Assembly: GCF_006345805.1 (NCBI RefSeq)
Contig: NW_021824904.1
Coordinates: 1 to 17,095, forward strand
Direction of reading: 5' to 3'
DNA length: 17,095 nt
From: Octopus sinensis
Lineage: Eukaryota
The position numbers and the translations under genes are program-made. Shown in pieces: positions 1 through 8,075 of this stretch (position 1 is its first letter; each line of letters begins with the position of its first letter). The notes under the pieces were generated by a model. That model made no database searches and was not told the DNA's origin. It saw only the letters and a program-made list of their open reading frames with translations.

Positions 1-205
1 ATTATGTATGTATGTATGTATTTATGTATGTATGTATGTATGTATGCATGCATGTATGTATGTATGTATGTATGTATGTATGTATGTATGTATGTATGTA
101 TGTATGCATGTATGTATGTATGTAGGTGTGTGTGTATGTGTGTATGTATGCATGTATGTATGTATGTATGTATGTAGGCGTGTGTGTGTATGTGTGTATG
201 TATGT
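1..205. repeat. (TATG)n / (TG)n compound microsatellite
   Basis: Direct reading; explains the MYVC-repeat ORF at 8-211. Confidence 0.97.
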
Positions 206-212
206 ATTTAAC

Positions 213-352
213 GATAAAAGAGATCGATAATCTAAGAACCAGACCTGAAAAAAATACTAATTGTTGGGGTGGATTCATTCGTCTAAAAATTCTTCGAAGT
301 GGCGCTCCAGCAAGGCCGCAGTCTGATGACTGAAACAAGTAAAAACTAAAAG
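213..352 (+). mobile_element. SINE family B, 3' fragment
   Basis: ggcgctccagcaaggccgcagtctgatgactgaaacaagtaaaa matches the reverse complement of the tail of the longer copies at 10081-10493, 12738-13106 and 13818-14176. Confidence 0.8.
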
Positions 353-359
353 GTAATTT

Positions 360-650
360 TGATCAAGGAGACGTTGATCAGAGACATTCCAGCCGTTACC
401 AAGCCATCTATTTCCTACGCGGTGAGGAATCTACGACCAATTCATCGAATGTGTCTTTCCTTGTAAATATGCTGAAGGCTGTGATAGGATGGAGATTTGG
501 CTGCTACTTTTAGCATTTTGCGTGAACGAACCACATAGAGGTTGCCTCGTAACAACATCTGGCTAAACTGAAGGCTGTAACGGGTCTGTGATTAGAGGGA
601 GATTTGGCTGCTATTTCTAGCAGATCTAGGGAACACCCACGTGGAGGGTG
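360..650 (-). mobile_element. Dispersed repeat family C (SINE-like): one degenerate copy plus a tandem partial second copy
   Basis: The motif gagatttggctgcta(c/t)tt occurs twice (about 491 and 598). The cattccagccgttacc segment (about 386) recurs near 9500; related segments lie at 8494-9140, 9310-9360 and 10535-10590. Confidence 0.6.
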
Positions 651-865
651 CCGCGGGTGTAACAACACCCTGGTTTACTTCAGGGTGTGTCAGGTCTACA
701 GATCGCTATCATTTGGAATGTATTAAGCTTAGCTTAACTTCGTCTTTGAATAGGAATTAAGGTTTCAAGGACAACGAGGCTTTTAGCGGGTTACACAGAG
801 ATACATTCATATATATACATACAATCACACACACACATGTTCATGTGTGTGTGAGTACACATGAT

Positions 866-866
866 G

Positions 867-929
<63 letters not shown>

Positions 930-945
930 GAGAGAGGGAGAGGTG
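866..945. repeat. (TA)n-(TG)n-(GA)n compound microsatellite
   Basis: Direct reading. Confidence 0.95.
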
Positions 946-1191
946 GGGAGAGCCGACAGCCCAAGCAACTACAAAAGAATTAGACTTCACCATCATTGTA
1001 ATGGATTATATCTAATATCAAGACACAAACGGAAGATATCTGTAAATCGGTTAATGTAATTCATGTTGCTGGGAAATTTAGGGTACTGGATTTAGGGTAC
1101 TTATTGCTCATTTACATACACACACACACACAACACACACACACACACACACAAACACACACATATATATATAATTCTTTAAGGTTAGAAT

Positions 1192-1280
1192 TGACAGCGA
1201 CCCTGAAGGTTCGGCCTGCTTAGCCTTTATCAGCCCTCCTGATGAAAGCTAAGCAAACCGAAACTTCAGGGTCGCTGTCA
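1192..1280. repeat. Palindrome of two head-to-head hammerhead-like motifs (probable Penelope-like element pLTR relic)
   Basis: Arms 1192-1233 and 1239-1280 have 37/42 Watson-Crick pairs, a perfect outer 17-bp stem and a 5-nt loop. The + arm has CTGATGA (1239-1245), GAAAC (1260-1264) and GTC (1271-1273). The - arm reads CTGATAA-A-GGCTAAGCAGGCC-GAAC. Confidence 0.7.
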
Positions 1281-1285
1281 GTACT

Positions 1286-1438
1286 ATTCTTATTTCTTTA
1301 TTACCCACAAGGGACTAAACAAGGACAGACAAAGGGATTAAGTCGATTACATCGACCCCAGTGCGTAACTGGTACTTAATTTATCAACCCCGAAAAGATT
1401 AAAGGCAAAGTCGACCTCGGCGGAATTTGAACTCAGAA
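1286..1438 (-). mobile_element. tRNA-derived SINE family A, 5'-truncated
   Basis: Near-identical to the body of the full copy at 1730-1961 (gattaagtcgattacatcgaccccagtgcgtaactggtactt...gtcgacctcggcggaatttgaactca). Confidence 0.9.
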
Positions 1439-1440
1439 AG

Positions 1441-1686
1441 CGGCGGCGAGGTGTCAGAGTCTTTAGAACGCCGGGCAAAATGCTTAACGGCATTTTGTCC
1501 GTCCTTTCGTCCTGAGTTCAAATTCTGCCGAGGTTGACTTTGCCTTTAATCCTTTCGAGATCGATAATTTAAGTAGCAGCGACCCCCCCCCAATGTCAGG
1601 CCTTGTGCCTTTAGTAGAAAAGGTTATTATTATTATTATTATCATCATCATCATCATCATCATTATTATTATTATTATTATTATTA
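1441..1686 (+). mobile_element. tRNA-derived SINE family A (alternative 3' tail) with (ATT/ATC)n tail
   Basis: Head ggcggcgag, B-box-like gagttcaaattc, shared core gaggttgactttgcctttaatcctttcg, then caggccttgtgcctttagtagaaaagg and a trinucleotide tail. Confidence 0.88.
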
Positions 1687-1729
1687 CTATAACTCTCGAC
1701 CACCCTGCGTTTATTCGCCAGTTTATATA

Positions 1730-1961
1730 TATTTCTTTACTACCCACAAGAGGCTAAACACAGAGGGGACAAACAAGGACAGACAAACGGATTAAGTCGA
1801 TTACATCGACCCCAGTGCGTAACTGGTACTTATTTTATCGACCTCGAAAGGATGAAAGGCAAAGTCGACCTCGGCGGAATTTGAACTCATAACGTAACGG
1901 CAGACGAAATACCGCTAAGCATTTCGCCCGGCGTGCTAACGTTTCTGCCAGCTCGCCGCCT
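1730..1961 (-). mobile_element. Full-length tRNA-derived SINE family A with 16-bp target-site duplication
   Basis: Perfect direct repeat ttcgccagtttatata at 1714-1729 and 1962-1977. The minus strand starts aggcggcgagctggcagaaacgttagc (A-box-like) and carries gagttcaaattcc (B-box-like). It resembles octopus OK/OR-type tRNA SINEs from recall; the exact family was not assigned. Confidence 0.93.
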
Positions 1962-2509
1962 TTCGCCAGTTTATATAATCGACTTCACAGTACTCGTATA
2001 AGTGCAATAAAAATTTATAAGGAAAACGTGCAGAATGCTTTAAATCAGCCACGTGATCAATTAACATTATTTCTTATTAGAATTAATTTTGGATCCATTA
2101 TTCAATGTCTTTTGTAGAACTAGAGAACAGTATTTCGAGTAGCGTCATTTTAAATTATATTTACCAGATTAGTTCTTCCTATTGCCGCAGATAATTGCCG
2201 ACTGTCCAGAAGCTGAAATTGCTCTCCTTCATAACAGTATTAAAAATAAATATACCAGTCAATCATTTGGACTCACGCAGTTTGTCTTGCATACGACGAT
2301 TTATTACGTTTTGTAATGTAAAATAGATAACAAATCTACTTTTTATTGCAGATTTTTGAATCTCTGATATTCACAAATTTCCGAAAACCGTTAAAAAAAA
2401 AACACAAAACAGAAATAAATAAATTGTATGATAAAAGAAAGTTTAGAGGTAGAAGTTAAAAAAAAATGGCAGAAATCAGTAAGAGAGTGAAAATACACCG
2501 AAGTTTATA

Positions 2510-2718
2510 CAAGGTGTGGCAGAAAAACATCACCCAAATTCGATAGTTATAGGTGTGGTATTGGTAACTTTAGGCAGGTGTTAATGGTGCCTTGATATAG
2601 CAAAGTCTTACCGTTTTATTTTATTTTGCCACTGTGGTTTTAACTGATGCTATCTTAGGTTTACTGTTGAAAAGTTTTATCGAAAGTGTGAATGTGGGGT
2701 GAGATTTGCCGCACCCTG
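2510..2718. mobile_element. Tc1/mariner-type MITE
   Basis: TA at 2508-2509 and 2719-2720. Left end caaggtgtggca(gaaaaaca)tcaccc versus right-end reverse complement cagggtgcggca(aatc)tcaccc, 10/12 at the terminus. TA-CAGGGTG ends are typical of Tc1/mariner TIRs. No coding capacity. Confidence 0.65.
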
Positions 2719-2859
2719 TATGATGGTTATTTGGAACTAAACGAATCGACTTTAGATTCTTTAATCTTAGCCACCAATATCAATCAATATTGGCCGAGTT
2801 CCTTATACTTTGATATGTGAACATTATATTACAACATCTCTAAGCCTAGACGAACACCA

Positions 2860-2975
2860 ATTGGCGGAATCGTGAGAACATCAAATGAGTGATCAGCGGT
2901 GATCATTCGGGTTTTTTGCCCTGAGTTCATATTCCACCAGGGTCAACTTTATCTTTCATTCTTTTGGGGTCGATA
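2860..2975 (+). mobile_element. Degenerate SINE family A, 5' part
   Basis: ctgagttcatattccaccagggtcaactttatctttcattcttttggggtcgata aligns with the family A core. Confidence 0.7.
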
Positions 2976-3350
2976 CTTTTTTCTCTTACTCCTTATTTCT
3001 CAGTTTGTTTGCCCCTTCTTCTCTCTCTCTCTCTTTCTCTCTGTTTCTCACGGTCTCTTTCTCTGTCTCTCTCTCTTTCCCTGTCGCCCTCTCTCATTCT
3101 CTCTCAACCCTGTTTCCTCTTTCTTTTTCTCCGCTTCTCTGTGTCCCTTTGTCTTCTCCCCTTCTCTTCCCCTGTTTCTTCTCTGTCTCTTTTTTCTCTC
3201 CACCTCTCTCCTCTTTGTCTTCGTTTTCTCTTCGTCTCGCTCTCTCTCTCTTCTTCTTTATCTGTCTCTCCTCTCTCCACTTCTCTTTTCCATTCCTCTG
3301 TCTCTCTCTCTCCCTCTCTGCTCCACCCCTCTCCCTATCCCCCTCTCCTT
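2976..3350. repeat. CT-rich low-complexity tract
   Basis: Almost pure pyrimidine on the + strand; explains the three overlapping S/L/F-rich ORFs. Confidence 0.92.
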
Positions 3351-3687
3351 CCTGGTCTGGAAGAAACCAGCTGTAATCAAACCTGAAGAATGGCGAGCCC
3401 CACCTGGTTTAAATAGTTGCCTAAGACACACTGTGCAGTACGTCGGCGCCGCAACGACTTCATCAAGGAGTCGAGAGCCTAATCAGGACAAACTGTTAAC
3501 AACTAGGCATTAATTAACACCCCTATCTACTTCGTTTAAACTGATTTTCATGGCCATTTATTTTTTGTTTAGTACCGCAATCTGTTTATTTAGTTTAAAT
3601 ATCTACGCCTTCATTATTTTGTTAATATAAAAATATTAATTAGCCATTCTGGATGTTATTTCTTTCTGCCTTTGAAGTCGAACAGCA

Positions 3688-3748
3688 TATATATATATAT
3701 ACACACACACACATATATATAATTTATTTATATATATACTTATTTATT

Positions 3749-3780
<32 letters not shown>

Positions 3781-3832
3781 GGTAGGTATGTATGTATGTA
3801 TGTATGTAGGTAGGTAGGTAGGTATATATGTA
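3688..3832. repeat. (TA)n/(TATG)n/(TAGG)n microsatellite
   Basis: Direct reading. Confidence 0.93.
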
Positions 3833-3834
3833 TA

Positions 3835-3997
3835 GACGTGGCGGTGTGACAAGACGCTTGATTCCCAACCACATGGTTCCGGGTTCAGTCCCACTGTGAC
3901 GCACCAGGGTGAGTGTCTTCTACTATAGCCTCGGGCCAAAGCCTTGTGAGTAGATTTAGTAGACGGAGTAGATATACGACGGAAGCTCGTCGTATAT
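3835..3997 (+). mobile_element. SINE family B, 5' half (tRNA-like head)
   Basis: accacatggttccgggttcagtcccactg (B-box-like), then gtgtcttctactatagcctcgggcc; the reverse complement of the 10320-10490 region. Confidence 0.85.
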
Positions 3998-4006
3998 ATA
4001 TATAAT

Positions 4007-4043
<37 letters not shown>

Positions 4044-4050
<7 letters not shown>

Positions 4051-4098
4051 GACAGGCTTCTTTCAGTTTCCGTCTTACCACACAGCACGCCTGCACCT
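4044..4098 (-). mobile_element. SINE family B, internally deleted 5' fragment
   Basis: tatacgacaggcttctttcagtttccgtc is joined directly to ttaccacacagcacgcctgcacct. These two segments are about 125 bp apart in the full copy at 10081-10493. Confidence 0.7.
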
Positions 4099-4121
4099 GT
4101 ATATTATATATGCGTTCTATA

Positions 4122-4205
4122 TACATACATACACACACACACATACATGCATACATACATGCATACATACATACATACATACATACATACATACATACAT
4201 ACATA
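4122..4205. repeat. (TACA)n microsatellite
   Basis: Direct reading. Confidence 0.95.
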
Positions 4206-4224
4206 CTACATACATCTTAAAATG

Positions 4225-4593
4225 GTTGCGAACGAGACGTATTCCACGACGCCGCACCAAAAATCCCTGTCCTTCTGCATTGTCATTGGTACGTAGGTCT
4301 TCAGCTTCAAGCTGTGTGTTTTCTGCTTATAACATTAATGTAGCTGAGTGGCTCTCATCCTCTTTTAGGGTGTGGAAAATTCCAAACAAATCAACTAATA
4401 TGGCGTCGTGTTCAGCGCAATGGCAGTGGCTAGCAAAAGCTATCCTACGTTGAGCTGTAATTGTAGAGATAGGTAGAATATGTCTATGAATCCCCTCTTT
4501 GGTCTTCTGCTCATGCCATCAGGTATTTTGAGTGTTCCTGAAATGCCTTGTAGACATAAAACCAAAGCGATATTGAAGCTCCTCCTTTATAGC
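4225..4593 (-). pseudogene. RTE-type non-LTR retrotransposon, decayed ORF C-terminal fragment
   Basis: Manual minus-strand translation gives STRHFRNTQNT*WHEQKTKEGIHRHILPISTITAQRRIAFASHCHCAEHDAILVDL. This resembles the RTE/RTE-X post-RT segment as I recall it (TRLLR..QN.SW..H.T...IYG.LP.IS...AQRR..FAGHC.R). In-frame stops are present. Confidence 0.7.
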
Positions 4594-4597
4594 TCAC

Positions 4598-4650
4598 TCT
4601 CTTTTTCTCCTTTACTCTCTCTCTCTCTCTCTCTCTCTCCCTCTTTCTCA
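4598..4650. repeat. (CT)n microsatellite
   Basis: Direct reading. Confidence 0.93.
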
Positions 4651-4889
4651 CGCGCACGCGCGCGCATTTTGAATTTACGAGATGTTTATGGCTACTAGTG
4701 TTACTCATTTTTGTTTTTGTCTAAACCACGTAAACTGCAGATAGAAGTTCTCGACAATTTACAACGCTTCGTATCGAGATCAACACACGAACTATCACAT
4801 ACCTTTACAAGCAGCAAGTGTCACGTGACTGTCACTGACTCACGGCAGAGTGAGTCACTGAGCTGACGCCGTTTGAAAGTCGCCAGATT

Positions 4890-5393
4890 CCAATAGCGCT
4901 TCATTCTCGATCACCTTAGCTTCCGCTCTATCAAACATTATCATAATGACGTCGTCCGCACACGCCAATACGACTCGTTTCTACTTCCCAGTTCGAACGG
5001 GCGACTTCGGCTCTTCCATTTTCCACAGCAGTGGCATGAAAGTCAGTGCATACAGAAGATATAAGAGAGAACACACCTGACACAGCGCGTGAGATGAAAA
5101 AGTTGCAGATGGTCACTAATTAGTGTGACCACCGTTGACCATTAAAACAGTCCAGCCTCTGAAAGACGGCTATGTTGAGGTCAAGTAATGAAGGATAACC
5201 TCGTTGAAAGCTTTCAATTGTCCCAAATCGATCAGTTCCCCACCAAAGTTCGGTTTATTAACCATCAACTCTACGATGTATTGCATGGGGGTGGAGATAA
5301 ACGAGGATGAATCTTTCCCCCCAATAACCACATTGTTGACGGCAAGTGCCAACCGCTTTGCTGGCATCTTGTCAAAACTCTTTAAATCTAATT
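4890..5393 (-). pseudogene. Tx1/L1-type LINE, reverse transcriptase core (decayed)
   Basis: Minus translation gives DLKSFDKMPAKRLALAV..., GGELIDLGQLKAFNEVILHYL (cf. lDqsKAFDrV), ALCQVCSLLYLLYALTFMPLL (cf. svrQGcpLSplLy.l.lepLl) and LACADDVIMIM (YADD catalytic motif decayed to CADD). Stops and frameshifts are present. Confidence 0.88.
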
Positions 5394-5535
5394 GTATTGC
5401 AAAAATCAGTTTTACTTGGAACCATGCATACTGCTTGCTTGAGGTCCTTGTAACTTGACAGACAGTACACACCCCTGGTACACACAATATCTTCAATCTA
5501 CATCACAATACTAAGTACAGCGTGACGTCTTCCGA

Positions 5536-5614
<79 letters not shown>

Positions 5615-5835
5615 GTTCCAAAGTTTGGTGCAAGACCAGTAGTTTCGTAGAAAGAGCTAAGTCAGTTCCATCAACTCAGTACTCAGCCTCAGCTGGTACT
5701 TATTTTATCGACTCCGAAAGGATGAAGGCCAAAGTCGACCTCGGCGAAATTCGAACACAGAGCACGCAGACAGACAATCGGACGAAGTGCCGTTAAGCAT
5801 TTTACCTGGCCCCACCATTCTGCCAATTTCCTACT
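5536..5835 (-). mobile_element. SINE family A with a 26-unit (AAT)n tail, inserted within the Tx1 relic
   Basis: Family A core ctggtacttattttatcgactccgaaaggatgaaggccaaagtcgacctcggcg; (aat)n at 5536-5613. Confidence 0.85.
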
Positions 5836-5863
5836 TAAATATTAAAGTTTAATCATGAAATAA

Positions 5864-6860
5864 ATTGAACAGAGTCAAGGCCCAGAAATGATCGATAACG
5901 TTCTCTTTGACAGCGTGCTTTCCCTGCTGTGCCACGACCCCTCGGTCCACACGACTAGGAATTCTCTATTCCTATTCCGAGTTGCAGGAGACGTCTTCTA
6001 AGACAAAGATGAACAAGTCTGGTATATGTACGTGAGTAAATTTCGTAAGGCAGGCCATCCAAACCAGGTGAATTACTTATCACTAAACCGTATCTCAACA
6101 ATGGTTCTCGGCCTTTCGCAGCACTTCACACTCTCTGTCAGACAGTATTGTCTGAGTAGGTTTACGGGGATTTCACTTAACCTTATACAATCCCAGCGTG
6201 CGTTTAAAATAACATTCCAGCCTCTAAAGTTCTAAAGCGCAGGATGCTCACGATGCCTGAAGAAATCCAACCAGTCTGCTCAAGTCAGGCAGCTACTTAC
6301 CATCCAGGTTCAGGTCCAGGAAGATTACAGATACATCGAGAATGGCTTTTCTGAAAAAGCACTACCACCCCATCGCACGATCCATGCCAACTACAAAATG
6401 ATTTCACCTTGAAAATAGAAGAGAGTGCATTCATCCCCAAAATCTTGGTCTCACTGATGGCTATTACATTCATGTCTTGTGACTCGAAGTTGTTGTGCAA
6501 GTGACTTTGCATCTAAGCCGACCCCTGGTGGTCATGCACATTACTTTATCTACAGCCATGTTCTTCAGAGAAAAGAAAACGAGAAACGTCACCAGTCGAG
6601 GTCTTGGAGAAAAGTGGACAAATAAACCAGCCTTATCAAAGGGAGGGTTTCTTCGAAAGCCACTACCAAATTATTTTCGTCTCTATCCTATTCCGGAACC
6701 TTCATACGTCTGATGTAGCAATTCCTTTTGGCGAGTTCTGACCTCATCTCTTAACGACGGTCTTAGATAAGAGACCACTTCTTACAAATCTCTTCCTCTT
6801 TTGTTTGTAGTTCTCTCTAATGGTACCGCGTTAAGTACCCCATCACCTCCTTGCTCTTTC
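5864..6860 (-). pseudogene. Tx1/L1-type LINE: possible ORF1 tail, AP-endonuclease and pre-RT region (decayed, internally deleted)
   Basis: Minus translations give DMNVIAISETKILG (APE motif I), GVVVLFQKS, GWNVILNARWDCI (cf. GDwNaILd), CCERPRTIVEIR, NSPGLDGLPYEIY (KsPGlDGlp.EfY motif) and RIPSRVDRGVVAQQGK...IDHFWALTLFN (cf. nfRPItLLN). The stretch at 6640-6850 (ELAKRNCYIRRMKVPE) is tentatively ORF1. Confidence 0.85.
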
Positions 6861-6929
6861 TATTTATAACAATGAAACTGACGAGGAGTGGCGGTGGAGC
6901 GACGTATTTCCTTGCGTGTTTTTGGTTAT

Positions 6930-7335
6930 TGTTGTGCTTTCGTTTTCTTGATGTTTTTGTTGGTGGAGTTGAGGGTTTGGTTGTTGTTGTTGCTGTTATC
7001 GTCGTTGTGGTCGTTGTTTTTGCCACGGTAATGACGGTGATATTGACGGTGGTATTGACGGTGGTGGTGGTGGTGGTGGCATTGACATTGATAGTAGTGG
7101 TGATAGTGATAGAGGGTAGTGGTAATGGTGGCCGTGATGTGGTATTGGTAGTGGTAATGATGTTGATGGTGGCAGTGGTGGTAGTGTTGATAATGGTGGT
7201 GGCGGTGGTGGTGATGGTGGTGATGGTGGTGATGGTGGTGGAGGTGGTGGTGGTGGTGGTGGTGTTGATAATGGTGATGGTGGTGTGGTGGTGTTGATAA
7301 TGATGGTGGTGGTGGTGGTGGTGGCGGTGGTAGTA
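6930..7335. repeat. (GTT/GGT/GAT)n trinucleotide mosaic
   Basis: Direct reading; explains the poly-Val and poly-His/Pro ORFs. Confidence 0.93.
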
Positions 7336-7409
7336 GAGACGGTGATGTTTTCGGAGGCGATAGGTGAACGTATGGCTGCTTATCAGCTCCCCCTGCCGTC
7401 ACATCTAAC

Positions 7410-7547
7410 CTTTTGTTTTTCAGCTGGGGCGGCCCCCTTTTCTTCGCTTCCATTTTCTTTCTTTACAATTTCACAGACTTCTTGTGTAACGGGGCTTTCA
7501 CCTCGACCCCTTCGTACGAGAAGGACTTGGACGGGAATCGAGGGAGC
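7410..7547 (-). CDS. Alternative reading: minus-strand exon (138 bp phase 0-0, or a terminal exon with stop at 7463-7465)
   Basis: Acceptor cttccctctcccccgtcctccattcag|; donor aaaag|gttaga. Frames read APSIPVQVLLVRRGRGESPVTQEVCEIVKKENGSEEKGAAPAEKQK or LPRFPSKSFSYEGVEVKAPLHKKSVKL*. Confidence 0.3.
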
Positions 7548-7573
7548 CTGAATGGAGGACGGGGGAGAGGGAA
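7424..7573 (+). CDS. Candidate internal coding exon (150 bp, phase 2-2) of an unidentified host gene
   Basis: Branch-like ctaac plus cttttgtttttcag acceptor; aa|gtatgt donor. The only open frame is WGGPLFFASIFFLYNFTDFLCNGAFTSTPSYEKDLDGNRGSLNGGRGRG, with 33/49 codons ending in G/C. The protein is not recognised. Confidence 0.4.
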
Positions 7574-7689
7574 GTATGTATCCTCCTCCTCCCCCCCTAC
7601 GTATCTGTGTGTTTATCTTTTTTAGGGGCGAGGGGTAAGAAATGTCGTGGTGGGGTTCTTCTGTTCTTATTCCTGCTGTCTTTAGGCTT

Positions 7690-7935
7690 AACAACAACAA
7701 CAACAATAATAATAATTTCTTTAAGGCCAGCAAGGTTTTTTGGTGGGTGGGGGTGGGGGGGGTGCTGAGTTGATTACATCGATCCCAGTGATCAGCTGGT
7801 ACTTATTTTATCGACCCCACCCAAAAGGATGAAAGACAAGGTCGACTTCAGCGGAATTTGAACTCAGAAAGTGAAGACGTACGTGATGCCGCGAAGCCTT
7901 CTGCTCGGCATGTACCGACTCTTCCAGCTCACCAC
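7690..7935 (-). mobile_element. SINE family A, near full length, with (AAC/AAT)n tail
   Basis: gattacatcgatcccagtg...ctggtacttattttatcgacccc...ggatgaaagacaaggtcgacttcagcggaatttgaactcag; head ccagctcacc. Confidence 0.85.
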
Positions 7936-7949
7936 TCTCACCCTAACCC

Positions 7950-8075
7950 TAACAACAACAACAACAGCAATAACAACAACAACAACAACAACAGCAATAA
8001 CAATGATAATAATAATCCATTCTACTATAGGCACAATGCCTGAAATTTGAGGGGAAAGTGTTAGTCGATTACCCC
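7950..8075 (-). mobile_element. SINE family A, 3' fragment with (AAC/AAT)n tail
   Basis: ccattctactataggcacaatgcctgaaatt is close to the reverse complement of the tail at 1595-1625. Confidence 0.75.

Noticed and set aside
8-211. MYVC-repeat ORF and similar IY/CV/LSIY ORFs (3748-4204, 8558-9222, 11009-11250, 13500-13831, 15576-15919)
   Set aside because: These are translations of tetra- and dinucleotide microsatellites, not proteins.
323-336. CTGATGA-ct-GAAAC resembling a hammerhead core
   Set aside because: Only 2 nt lie between the boxes, so there is no stem II. It is the SINE B tail, and other copies read (a/t)aatgactgaaac on that strand.
1076-1101. Two copies of atttagggtact containing TTTAGGG
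   Set aside because: A 12-bp local duplication, not a telomeric array.
2190-2330. Possible plus exon after ttcttcctattgccgcag (IIADCPEAEIALLHNS...)
   Set aside because: No convincing donor, AT-rich composition, the frame soon closes and no motif was recognised.
2899-3513. 204-aa ORF and overlapping S/L/F-rich ORFs
   Set aside because: They start in a SINE fragment and run through a stop-free pyrimidine tract.
6851-7453. Poly-Val (TM-like) and poly-His/Pro ORFs
   Set aside because: Trinucleotide microsatellite mosaic that is stop-free on both strands by composition.
7937-7954. tcaccctaaccctaac telomere-like units
   Set aside because: Only two units, grading into an (AAC)n SINE tail.
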